From positions 29,018,001-29,082,000 of the forward strand of contig NC_045697.1 in assembly GCF_009834535.1 (NCBI RefSeq): 64,000 nt of DNA, written 5' to 3'. Shown one piece after another: positions 24,276 to 36,673 of this stretch. Under the pieces are notes generated by a model, which had not been told where the DNA came from, made no database searches, and saw nothing but the letters and a program-made list of their open reading frames with translations. Numbering within the stretch: the stretch's first letter is position 1; each line of letters starts with the position of its first letter. This stretch comes from Camelus ferus. Lineage: Eukaryota. Made by a program: the position numbers and the translations under genes.

Positions 24276-24430
24276 GATGAAAGAAACCAAATTCTGACGG
24301 CCTATTTATGGATCCGCCAAATCTGGCACGACGCATATCTCACGTGGGATCGAGACCAGTATGATGGGCTGGACTCCATCAGGATCCCCAGCGACCTGGT
24401 GTGGAGGCCGGATATTGTCCTGTATAACAA
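24276..24430 (+). CDS. CHRNA9: CHRNA9 coding exon 3
   Basis: ttttgcag| acceptor; [25 protein letters not shown]...WRPDIVLYN (WxPD motif); donor |gtaaat; 155 nt. Confidence 0.97.
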
Positions 24431-24649
24431 GTAAATGCAAGTCAGCAGTTTCTCAGGAATGAACTTGTTGATTTAATAGAAGGGAAACATAATGAAAAAA
24501 AGCGTGAATGTTTTAAACACACATGAATTTTAGTCAGTTCGTGTTCCTAAGCCCTGAAGTGATGATCATAAAGCTTCAGATGATAAAAATAGGTCATAAA
24601 ATCTTAGAGTCACAGTCCCCTTTTCAGGTGAGAAACTGTATGGGAAGCT

Positions 24650-25110
24650 GTGTTAGTTTGCTGGGGCTACTGTGACAAAGTACTGCAAACTGGGTGGCTG
24701 AAACAACAGAAATGTGTCATCTCCCAGTTCTAGATGCTGGATGTGCAAGATCAAGGGATTGGCAAAGCTGGTTCTGTCTGAGGGCTGCAAGGAAGACTCT
24801 ATTCCATATCTCTCCTCTGGCTTATCTGGTGGTTGCTGGCAGCCTTGGTTCCTCGACTGTAGGAGCATCACCCTAGTCTCCTCCTCCTTCTTCACATGGC
24901 GTTCTCCCTGTGTGTTTTCTGTGTCTGTATTTTCCCTCATGTGAGGACACCAGTCCTGTTGAATTAGGTGCCCACCCTACATCAGTATAACCTCTTCTTA
25001 ACTAATTACATCTGCAATGACCCTATTCCAAATAAAGTCACATTGTGAAGTGCCAGGAGCTAGGATTTCAACATATGAATTTTTCACAGACACAGTTCAA
25101 CCCGTAACAG
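24650..25110 (-). mobile_element. MaLR LTR (MLT1-like) in intron 3
   Basis: tgttagtttgctggggctactgtgacaaagtactgcaaactgggtggct...ttcaacccgtaaca. Confidence 0.85.
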
Positions 25111-25307
25111 TGATGCTCCCTTGTCTAAGGTCGTGTATCAATAATACATGATACTACTAAGATTAAATCAGAATGGGCCAGCTAGAAGCTGGCCTGTGGG
25201 TTTTGGACTTTGTATGGAGTGGAAGGTGAACTAGACCATAAGATCACCAGTTGGCCTTTTCTCGATCTGAGAGTAAGGGGCCTGGGTGAATGGGTAGGTA
25301 AGGTTTA

Positions 25308-25465
25308 AGTTTCTCAAACTGTAACGTGTGCGTAAACCACCTGAAGAACTTGTTAAAATGCAGATTCTGATTCAGTAGGTCTGGGGTTGAGTTTGATGCT
25401 CTGCAGTTCTACGAGCTCCAGAGAGTAGTGCTGCTGGCGCATGGACCGCCCTTTGAGAAGGAAGC
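25308..25465 (-). mobile_element. MER5A-like MITE in intron 3
   Basis: ttctcaaact...cttgttaaaatgcagattctgattcagtaggtctgggg. Confidence 0.7.
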
Positions 25466-27662
25466 AGATTGCTCTGTCACAGCTGAGGCTCAGTTGCTCC
25501 ACCTGTTGTCAAAGGGGGTCCTCTCTCTTTTTATTCTGAAACACAAGTTTCTGAGAGTCAGGAAAGGTTCCCCTTTGACCCAGAGCAAGATGAATGAGAG
25601 GTGGCTCAGGGTGACTCTGCTGGGAGCTTAGCCTTCTACTGGGCATGGATTTCCCTTCAGGAAGCAGCACTGGTAGGCTGCAGTCTGGATTTTAGTCTCA
25701 GTCCTTTTTCAGAGAGCTGGCCCAGGGATCATGACCTCTTGAATCATAGCCCTGATCCCGCTGACTATTCCCCATAGAACCTTTTCACCACACTGAGTAA
25801 TCAACTCTTCTCTGTTCCTCTGGGTTGATTCTCTAGTCTTCTTTGCCTTCCAATTGCAGACAGTTTTGTTTTGGATCTTCTGGTCCCCAGGTCTCCACGG
25901 AAGGTAGGATGGGTGAGTGATGTTCCAGTTCTCACTTCTCATATAACTGACTGTATATACTTCTCTTTGTTACAGAGATCATGTTCAGGCATTCAAAAAA
26001 TTCAGTTTGTTGTCTTCACAGGACCTACATTAAAGATCTTCTCTCTAAACGTCCATTAAAAACTGAGCACCGTAATTCAACTGTAATGGTCTGATTACAG
26101 TGGACCCAATCAGACCATTATGGTTAACATTGTGGTACCTAAATTTTAATAACCTGCCAGTTCTTTGATCTACCACACCCTATTCTAGCAATTTAACCTA
26201 AGGAAAGGGTCAATGGATAAATGCAACAATTTGACCACAAGGATGTTCACTACTACATTGCTTATAAATGCAAAAACTGGAAACAACCATAATGTTGAAC
26301 ATCAGTGAACTGGTTAAATAATTATGGCATATCTCTATAATGGAATATAGTTGAATACCATTTAGTCTTAAAAATAATGTTGCAGAAGAATATGAACGAA
26401 CAGATGACTAAATACATTTTAAAATTTTGTCTCAACTTTTTTTGGTAAATTAACTTTTTATTTGGAGATAATTTTAGTTTTGTAGAAAAGATACAAAGAT
26501 GGCACAGAGTTTCTGTATACTCTTCACCCAGTTTCCTATAATGTTACATCTTATATGACCATAGTACACTTGTCAAAACTAATATAATACTATTAACTAC
26601 ACTACAGACTTTATTTGGATTTCAGCAGCTTTTTTCACTAATGTATTTTTCTGTTCCAGGATCTAATCCTGAATACCACATTACGTTTAGCCATAATATA
26701 TTTTGTAGGGAAAAAGTTGTAAGGAAGACTTGGAAAAATATGCACTAAAATGTTAACAGCATATCAGTTATGACTGTAAGCATTGGAAACTGACTTTGTC
26801 TAACTTGTGAATAAAAGGAATATGTTGGAAGTACATGGTACAGCTAACTGAATTAAAGGGAAAAAAAGGTCAATGACCAGACCTTGGAAAGGACAGATTG
26901 GGACCACTCTATAGTTCAAGACAGCAGGGACTATTGATCTTTTAAAAAAATTAATTGATTTTTATAGGAAGCCATCACCAGGGTGACTCTTTTTGGTCTT
27001 TGGATTCCTCTGCTTAAGATCTAAATTCCAGAGAGAGTGAAGCAGCTGGATCTAACTTGGGTCCCACATCCAGGCCTTGGCTTCATCTGCCTTCATGATG
27101 GTGGAGAATGAGTCATTCCTTAAAGCAAAACAGCAATTCTGTACTCCCCAAATACCAGGCATAAATGTTGATAAAGCAAAAGGAAGATATATCTAGAATA
27201 AATTATTATCTCTTAGATTATGGGTGAATAAATTTTCTCTGTGTTTTTCAAATGTTCTGCAGTAAGCACGTACAGCTCTTCCAACAGCAACAAAAAGCTA
27301 CTTTGTTATTCTTGTGCCCAAAGTTAACAAAATCAGGTAAGCAGAGCCTCCCTGTCACATTTTAGCCTCATTTACTTTTTGGCTGGATGTTGGAATTGTT
27401 ATACTTGGACCAGGAGAGTGGTACTGGAAGTGGAGAGGAAGGGACACAGAGCAGAGATGCTTTAAAGGAAGAATCAAAAGGAACCCAGCCCTGACTAGTT
27501 ACAGGAGATGAGGAAGAAGGGCAAAATTAGAGTTGATTCCAGATTTTCAAGCCATGGTGACAGGAATGGTGATCCATTGCCAAAGACACTGCAGTGATGG
27601 GCATAGGACGGTGAGTTGTCTAGAATAAGGTACAGCTTTCACTTTCTTCCTCTGACGTTCAG

Positions 27663-28195
27663 GGCTGATGATGAATCTTCTGAGCCTGTGAACACCAATG
27701 TGGTCCTGCGGTATGACGGGCTAATCACCTGGGATTCACCGGCCATCACCAAAAGCTCCTGTGTGGTGGATGTCACCTACTTCCCCTTTGATAATCAGCA
27801 GTGCAACCTGACCTTTGGTTCCTGGACCTACAATGGCAATCAGGTGGACATATTCAACGCCCTGGATAGTGGAGACCTCTCCGACTTCATCGAAGATGTG
27901 GAGTGGGAGGTCCATGGCATGCCTGCTGTGAAGAATGTGATCTCCTACGGCTGCTGCTCTGAGCCTTACCCAGATGTGACATTCACTCTCCTTCTGAAGA
28001 GGAGGTCCTCTTTCTACATCGTCAACCTCCTCATCCCATGTGTCCTCATATCTTTTCTGGCTCCCTTGAGTTTTTATCTCCCAGCAGCCTCTGGGGAGAA
28101 GGTCTCCCTGGGAGTGACCATACTGTTGGCCATGACTGTATTTCAGCTCATGGTGGCAGAGATCATGCCGGCCTCGGAGAATGTCCCTCTGATAG
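27663..28195 (+). CDS. CHRNA9: CHRNA9 coding exon 4 (Cys-loop, loop C, M1, M2)
   Basis: ttcag| acceptor; Cys-loop [15 protein letters not shown]; vicinal cysteines YGCC (alpha subunit); GEKVSLG at the start of M2; donor G|gtgagt; 533 nt. Confidence 0.98.
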
Positions 28196-28439
28196 GTGAG
28201 TTCAAGTGTCTTACAGTTTGAGCCTAGCTTTGTAGTGACTGGGGTTATATCTGTGCCTCTAAACTCGTAACAATTAGGATAACAATTAGGTCAACCTCAA
28301 ACTCAACACGGGCTGTCACATCCTTCATTTAGTGTCCTCAGTTGGCATCTTTGAATACAGATGTGGCTGTTGGAGACAAAATTGGTCTCGTGGTCTCCAG
28401 GTTTACACAAAAGAGGAACGCCAGCAATAGAATTTAGAG

Positions 28440-28621
28440 CAGTGGTTCTCAAAGTGTGGTCTCTAGACCCACAGCAACTGCATCATTTTAGAAATACAAA
28501 TTCTCAGGGCCCACCCTAGACCAACTGAATTGGAAACTCTGAGGGTGAGGTCTGGCCAACTGTTTTAACAAGCTTTCTGGGTGATTTTGATACACTTTTT
28601 GTTCAAGTCTAAAAACCACTG
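28440..28621 (+). mobile_element. MER5A-like MITE in intron 4
   Basis: cagtggttctcaaagtgtggtc...aaaaaccactg termini. Confidence 0.75.
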
Positions 28622-29959
28622 GCTTTTAGGTTAAGGCCCTGATTTTGAAGTCCAAGACGTCTGCATCTGAACTCTCACTTCACCACTTGTTCCTTGATCA
28701 ACCTTAAGCAAGTTGCTTCATCAACTGCAAATTCCGTGTAATTGCTACCTCATCATGCCAGTGCCTGGCACGGAGCCTGGCATGTGAGCACCCAGCAAAC
28801 AGTGACCATTATTATCTTTTCACATCACAAGGGATTTCTTCTTGGGAAGAGTGGTAAACGTGATAGAAACAATGAGCTGGATTTCTAAGCCTGCCATCCA
28901 CCCTTAACAGGGTAATTCTCAAACTTTACTGGGAATAATAGCTGTGGGAGAGCTTGTTAAAAATGCAGGTTTCTACACCCAATGAGGTTTTTTTCTTTTT
29001 TTTGGAATCTTGAGCAAGATTTGGGAACCTGAGGTGATTCTAAAAGAAGACCACATTTTCAAAAATCTGCAATAATAAAATGTCCTTCTAAGGGTAGGAG
29101 CGTAGACTGTGGCTACCATCCCTCCCTCTTTTCCTTTACCTACCTCATTCTGAGATCCCTCCTAACACATTTAATACCTAATTCCTGCCACCAAGGGTAA
29201 CACTAGATCCAACACCTCTATCTCAGTGACTTGCTATTGTAATAGATGCTTACCAGGATCAGAAGCTAGACCTAACTTTTAGTTCTTTAAAGTAAGCAAT
29301 GAGGAGAAATTTCAGAACACCAAAGGACTTGGAGACAAATATAAAAGGGATTTCACACTGCCTTTTTACCCTCTACTGAATCTAGTATTATGCAATATTC
29401 AGCCTTTATTACTACATTGGTTGCTATGTCTCTCCAAGCAAGCCCCCCCCCCTCCTTTTTGAAAAATAGACACAGAAGGTTCTCTCCTTTCTCACCACCA
29501 CTAAAAAAGAGGAAGAGGTGTATTGGCACTTTTATTACCTCTCCTAAGGCAGAAATGATTGACAGTGATGACATCCAATCATAACCATATTTGAGGCAGG
29601 ATCAATTGGCAGGTGCCTCTCTCTTCTTGAGCAGTGACATTCAGAAGCAAGCTGGCTCAGTTTCTGAAGACAGATGTCTCAGGACATGTCTCAAGAATTT
29701 TATAAGCATTACTTTTTTCTGTGATAATATGAACTGTATGTTTTTAGGAAGGGTGCACACAGATCTTGAGACTATTAATTCATAATCACAATTTGTTATT
29801 TGTATCACTTATGAAATGTACTTCCAATCTCATAGAAATGTGTTTAACTTTTTTGCATTGTGTAGCATTTGATCCCGACTTTTGACCCATAGCCTTTACA
29901 ATGTTAAGAAAGATTCCCTTTATTTTTAGATTACTCAGAGCTTTCAACAAATAGTAAAC

Positions 29960-30720
29960 AGATGGTGAACAATATCAAATGCATTGTCTTTATCTGTTAA
30001 GATAAATGAGTTTTTTCTTTTACTCCATTAATGTAGTGAATTACACTACTGTTTTCTGATGTTGAACCAAACAGTTCTTCATCATGATGAATTATCAGTT
30101 AAAGACAGGATTTAATTAGCCAGTAATTTATATAGGATTTTCTCAAATGTGTCTATAAGTGAAATGGCCTAAATAATTTCTTTCTTATTACTTTTGAAAT
30201 CAAGGTTACATTTGCTTCATAAGATGAGCTAGGCATTTTCCCCTCTTTTCTATTTCTGAAACAACCTGCATAAGATATGAGTTATCTGTTTCTTAAAAAT
30301 TTGGTGAAACTTGCCTATAAAACCTTTGGCTCTAGAACTTTTTGGGTGTGGGTGGGTAGAGGTATTTGACTAACTCCCATTTCTCTTCAAGCGTTCTTTC
30401 TTCTTACACTAAATGTGATAGTCTATATACCTGTAGAAGTTTCATCTAGGTTTTCAAATGTATTATCATATAGCTATTTATAATATTATTTTATTATTTT
30501 CTAAATTTCTATTCTTTCATTTTTTTCTTTTGCATCCTTTTTCTCTTCCACCTCTATCCATGGGCGGCCTTATCAAAGGTTCATCAATTGTATTACTCTT
30601 TTTGAATAGCTTGCTTTTGGTTTTGTTCATCTTTTAGGTTCTTTGTTTTATATTTCTTAAATTTGTACCCTATCTTTATTGTTTTCTTCCTTAATTTTCT
30701 TTTCTCATGAATACTTGCTT
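29960..30720 (-). mobile_element. Ancient L1M fragment in intron 4
   Basis: T-rich reverse ORF2 remnant, e.g. aaaaatttggtgaaacttgcctataaaacctttggc. Confidence 0.5.
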
Positions 30721-30919
30721 TATGTAATCACATGTTAAAGACTAACCCTGACAGAGTGTCTCTTTTCTTCCCCAATAGTAGTGAGCTTTTATATTAATGA
30801 GATCCAAAGACAATTCTGAGAACTGGCCAAGATTTTTCATTGTTTGCTTATTTGTTTGTTCAAAGCAGTTTTTCACATCATGATCTCAGCAAAACTTTAC
30901 AAACCTTTTAACTCAGTGC

Positions 30920-31110
30920 AAGGGACAGTGCTGAGAACTTTACATGTATTTTCTCAGTTAAGCCCCACCATATTCCTATGAGTTAGATACTATTAATGTG
31001 GTCATTTTATAGAGAAGGAAGCTGAGGCTTACCAGGAACATATAAAGTGCTCCAGGTTGCAAGTCTAGTGAGTGACAGAGCTCGGATTTTAACCCCGTTT
31101 TATTCAAATA
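30920..31110 (-). mobile_element. MIR in intron 4
   Basis: cattttatagagaaggaagctgaggctta...agtgagtgacagagctcggattttaaccc. Confidence 0.7.
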
Positions 31111-31221
31111 TTTGTACTAGGAACTATTAGTGTATACAGCTTCCTCAGAAGAGGCATTTGTTTCTTTTTGAGCCAAACATGAGGACAGTTTTAAGCTAAC
31201 TTGGTGGTTGTTGTTTCCCAG

Positions 31222-31763
31222 GCAAATACTACATAGCCACGATGGCCTTGATCACAGCCTCCACTGCCTTGACCATTATGGTGATGAATATCCACTTCTG
31301 CGGGGCTGAGGCCCGGCCAGTGCCACACTGGGCCAGGGTGGTCATCCTGAAATACATGTCCAGGATCTTGTTTGTCTACGACGTGGGTGAGAGCTGCCTC
31401 AGCCCCCACCACGACAGGCAGCGGGACCACCTCACAAAGGTTTATGGCAAACTTCCAGAACCTAATCTGAATACGACCAGAAACAAAGACCTTCCCAGAA
31501 AGAAGGAAATGAACAAACTCTTAAAGAATGACTTGGGATACCAGGGTGAGAATCCGCAGGATGCTGACAGTTACTGTGCACGGTACCAAGTACTGACAAA
31601 GAATATTGAATACATTGCCAAGTGCCTCAAAGACCACAGGGCCACCAATTCCAAGGGGAGCGAATGGAAAAAGGTGGCAAAAGTCATAGACCGATTCTTT
31701 ATGTGGATTTTTTTCATTATGGTGTTTGTGATGACTATTTTGATCATAGCGAGGGCAGATTAG
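31222..31763 (+). CDS. CHRNA9: CHRNA9 coding exon 5 (M3, cytoplasmic loop, M4, stop)
   Basis: tttcccag| acceptor; KYYIATMALITASTALTIMVMNIHF...EWKKVAKVIDRFFMWIFF...IIARAD then TAG; 542 nt; spliced CDS totals 1440 nt = 479 aa. Confidence 0.97.
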
Positions 31764-32671
31764 TGAGTATTTGGTAGGTGGGGATAAATCAGTACAATTC
31801 CCTGTGATCTACTCTAATGCCCTTCCAAGTCAGAAATATCTAAATCTATAGACACACACATACACAAATATATATAATTTAGGGGTTATGTTATCTTTTT
31901 ATTTTTAACTTCAGACCAATATTATAACTAGCTGTCAGGTTAAATTAAGCAGGAGGTCCAAAATTTCAAGGGTAGGAAAATGGAAGAAATGCAGAAAGAC
32001 CCCTTTTATAGTCTACCAAAGTGGTAGGTGGCTGGCCTCTAGTTCAATTACTCGCCCCTTTAGCAGTGCAGGTAACAAAGTGCACTACATTTGATTTAAA
32101 ACTTAAAGCAAAACAAAAGAAACTCATCTTCTCCTTAGTCCATATTAGAACATACTTTTGAAAAAGGAAACTTGCCATGTATTCTTTAGTGTGATTTAAG
32201 TCTTAATGTTACTTTTCTCAGGCCTGGTGCCTTTCAAGCCATATCTTAAATGATGAAACAAAAAATCTTGTCCCATATGAAGAAAGTCTAAGAATCAGCA
32301 GCAACTTAATGGGGAAGAGGGTTTTCTTTGTAATGATGATGTTAAATACGTTGGTTATATTTTATATAAGCCTTAAAGATGAAGTCGTTTCTGCATTTAG
32401 TCTTGGATTTAAATGAGATCATTAGCAAACTGGGCTTATTTATTCATTCATGCAATTATTTACCAAACATTTATGTTTCCTACATATAGTAAAGCTGCAC
32501 GATTCACATTTGCATTGGGTGTCATAGCAACTCTTAGGCACAAGTCTGATGACTTTTGATATTCACTATAATTTTGTGAGCTAGGTGGGCAGGCATTTCT
32601 AGTTATCTTTGTCAGCGGAAGAAACTGTCAGAGGAAGGTGGGTTAAGTGACCTACCTCCACATCCAACTAG

Positions 32672-32813
32672 AATTAGATTCCACGTATAAGCAACATAAT
32701 AGGATATTTGTCTTTCTCTGTCTGACTTATTTCACTCAATATGATAATCTCTAGGTCCATCCATGTTGCTGCAAATGGCATTATTTCATTCCTTTTTATG
32801 GCTGAGTAATATT

Positions 32814-32863
<50 letters not shown>

Positions 32864-33668
32864 CCACTTCTTTATCCAGTCATATGTTGATGGGCATTTA
32901 GGTTGTTTCCATATCTTGGCTATTGTAAATAGTGCTGCTATGAACATTGGGGATCATGTGTCTTTTCAGATTAGAGTTTTCTCCAGATATGTGCCCAGGA
33001 GTAGGATTGCTGGATCATATGGTAAGTATATTTTTAGTTTTTGAAGGAACCTACATACTGTCCTCCATAGTGGCTGCACCAATTCACATTCCCACCAACA
33101 GAGTAGGAGGGTTCCTTTTCTCCACATCCTCTCCAGCATTTATTATTTGTAGACTTTTTAATGATGGCCATTCTGACTGGTGTAAGGTGATACTTCATTG
33201 TAGTTTTGATTTGCATGTCTCTAATAATTAGTGATATTGAGCATCTTTTCATGGGCCTGTCTTCTTTGGAGAAATGTATATGTAGGTCTTCTGCCCATTT
33301 TTTGATTGAGTTGCTTTTTTTGATATTAAAATGTATGAGTTGTTCATTTTTTTTTTTTTGGAAATTAGTCCCTTGTTGGTTGCATTATTTGCAAATATTT
33401 CTCCCATTCTGCAGGTTGTCTTTTCATTTGTTTATGGTTTCATTTGCTGCAAAAGATTTTAAGTTTAATCAGGTCCCTTTTTGTTTATTTTTGCTTTTAT
33501 CTCCATTACTCTAGGAGCTGATTTGAAAAAAATATTGCTGAAATTTATGTCAAAGAGTGTTCTGCCTATATCTTTGTCTAGGAGTTTTATAATATCCAGT
33601 CTTACATTTAGGTCTTTAATCCATTTTGAGTTTATATTTTGATATGGTGTTAGAAAATACTCTAATTA
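32672..33668 (-). mobile_element. L1 3' fragment
   Basis: Reverse [50 protein letters not shown] (L1 ORF2 C-terminal cys domain). Confidence 0.9.
32816..32860 (+). repeat. (TG)n microsatellite
   Basis: About 22 perfect TG units. Confidence 0.97.
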
Positions 33669-36465
33669 AAGAAAATTTTAACACCTTTATTGTGGTATGG
33701 TTCCTGTACAATAAATTACACATATTTCAAATGTACAATTTGATGAATTTTGATAGATGTATATACCAATGAAACCACTACCACACTCAAGATAGCTAAC
33801 ATTTCCATCACTCCCCAAGAGGTACAGTTTTTTAATTCCCAGTTTATTCCTTCCTACCTCTTTTACCCCCTGATAACCATAAGTTTATTCTCTGTCTATG
33901 AATCTGTTTCTGTTTTGTCGATAAGTTAATTTGTGTCCTTCTTTTTTAGAATCTACATATAAGTGATATCATACGGCATTTTTTTTTCTCTTTCTGCCTT
34001 CGCTTAGAATGATGATCTCCAGATCTATCCATGTTGCTGCAAATGACTTTATTTTATTTTTTATGGCTGAGTAATATTCCATTGTATATATATACCACAT
34101 CTTCTTTATCCAGTCATATGTCAATGAACATTTAGGTTGTTTCCATGTCTTGGCTATTGTAAGTACTGCTGCTATGAACATTGGGGTGCATGTGTATTTT
34201 TGAATTAGAGTTTTCTCTGGGTTTATTCCCAGGAGTGGGATTGCTGGATCATATGGTAAGTCTATTATCAGTTTTTCAAGGAACCTACATAGTGGCTGCA
34301 CCAATTTATATTCTCACCAACAGTGTAGGAAGATTCCTTTTTCTCCACATCCTCTCCAGCATTTATTATTTGTAGACTTTTTAATGATGGCCATTCTGAT
34401 TGGTGTGAGGTGACACCTCATTGTAGTTTTGATTTGCATTTCTTTGAAAATTAATGATGTTCAGCAACTTTTCATGTGCTTGTTGGCCATCTGGATGTCT
34501 TCTTTGGAGTGATGTCTATTTAGGTCTTCTGCCAATTTTTTGATTGGGTGGCTTGTGTTTTTGATATTAAGGTGTATGAGCTGTTTCTATGTTTTCAAAA
34601 TTAGTCCCTTGTTGGTCACATCATTTGCAAACATTTTCTCTCATTCTGTGGCTTGTCTTTTCATTTTGTTGATGGTATCCTTAGCTGTGCAAAAGCTTTT
34701 AAATTTAATTATATCCCATTTGTTTATTTTTGCTTTTATTTTCCATATTCCATGAGCTGGTTCAAAAAATATATTGCTGTGATTTATGTCAAAGAGTGTT
34801 CTGCCTAGGTTTTCCTCTAGGAGTTTTATAGTATCTGGTCTTACATTTAAGTCATTTTGAGTTTATTTTTGTATATGGTGTTAGAAAATGTTCTAATTTC
34901 ATCCTTTTACAAGTAACTGTCTAGTTTTCCCAGCACCACTTACTAAAGAGACTATGTTTCTCCATTGTGTATTCTTGCCTCCTTTGTCATAGATTAATTG
35001 TCCATATGTGCATGGGTTTATTTCTGAACTTCCTATCCTGTTCCATTGATCTATGTGTCTGTTTTGTGCCAGTACCATACTGTTTTGATTGCTGTTGCTT
35101 TGTAGTATAGCTCCATCCTTCTTTCTCAAGATTGTTTTGGCTATTTGGGGTCTTTTGTGTTTCCATACAAAGTTAAAATTTTTTTGTTCCAGTTCTGTGA
35201 AAAAATGTCATTGATAATTTGATAGGGATTGCATTGAATCTGTATATTGCCTTGGATAGTATGGCCATTTTAACAATATTGAGTTTTCCAATCCAAGCAC
35301 ACAGTATGTCTTTCCATCTGTTTGTGTTGTCTTCAATTTCTTTCATAAGTGTCTAATGGTTTTTGGAGTACAGGTCCTTGGCCTCCTGAGGTACGTTTAT
35401 TCCTAGGTACTTTATTCTTCTTGATGCAATGGTGAATGAGATTGTTTCCTTAATTTCTTTTTCTGCTATTTCATTGTTAGTTTATAGAAATGCAATTGAT
35501 TTTTGTATATTAATTTTGTATCTTGCAACTTTACCAAATTTCATTGATGAGCTCTAGTAGTTTTCTGGTAGCATCTTATGATTTTCTATATAGTATCATG
35601 TCATCTGTAAGCAGTGACAGTTTTACTTCTTCTTTTCCAGTTTGGATTCCTTTTATTTCTTTTTCTTCTCTGACTGCTGTGCCTGGGACTTCTGAAACTA
35701 TGTTGATAAAAATGGCAAGAGTGGGCATCCTTGTCTTGTTCCTGATCTTAGAGGAAATGCTTTCAGCTTTCCACCACTGAGTATGATGTTAGCTGGGGGT
35801 TTGTCATATATGGCCTTTATTATGTTGAGTTATGGTTCCTTTATGCCCACTTTCTAGAGAGTTTTTATCAAATAGATACTGAATTTAATCAAAAAGTTTT
35901 TCTGCATCTATTGAGATGATCTATATGGTTTTTATTCTTCAGTTTGTTAATGTGGTGTATCACATTGATTGATTTGCAGATATTGAAAAGTCCTTTTATC
36001 CATTGGATAAATCCTACTTGATCATAGTGTATGATCCTTTTAATGCATTGTTGGAGTCAATTTGTCAGTATATTTTTGAGGATTTTTGCATCTATATTCA
36101 TAAGTGTAATTTTCTTTTTGTGTGGTATCTTTGTCTGGATTTGGTATTAGGGTTATGGTGGCCTCATAGGATGAGTTCAGAAGTGTTCCATCCTCTGCAA
36201 CTTTTTGGAGTAGTTTTAGAAGGATAAGTCTTAACTCTTCTCTAAATGTTTGGTAGAATTTGCCTGTGAAGCCATCTGGTCCTGGACTTTTTACATTACT
36301 GATTCCATTTCAGTACTGGTAATTGGTCTATTCATATTTTCTATTTCTTCCTGGTTCAGTCTTGGCAGGTTGTACCTTTCTAAGAAATTGTCCATTTCTT
36401 CTAGGTTGTCCTTTTGGCTGGGGTATAGTTGCTCATAGTAGCCTCTTATGATCCTTTGTGTTTTT

Positions 36466-36673
36466 TTTTTAAATCTAAGATTTGAATGTAAGCACTGGTT
36501 AAAGCATGAGACGGATTTGTGGACCACATGAAACCACACGTTTTGGGCTTGTATTATTTGTTTTATGAGAGGGAAGTAATTAGGATTCTTCAGTGATTTC
36601 TGCTTGGAGGAGGTACTGGGGATTGAACTCCTGATCTCTTGGGCTTTACCACTTGAGCTATACCCTACCCCCA
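36466..36673 (-). mobile_element. vic-1-like SINE with extra 3' sequence, nested in L1
   Basis: Minus strand GGGTATAGCTCAAGTGGTA...GTTCAATCCCCAGTACC...CCTAATTACTTCCC + ~80 nt + polyA; TSD atcctttgt(g/a)tttt. Confidence 0.8.

Noticed and set aside
28268..28290. Tandem duplication taacaattagg in intron 4
   Set aside because: Ordinary short slippage duplication with no sign of function.
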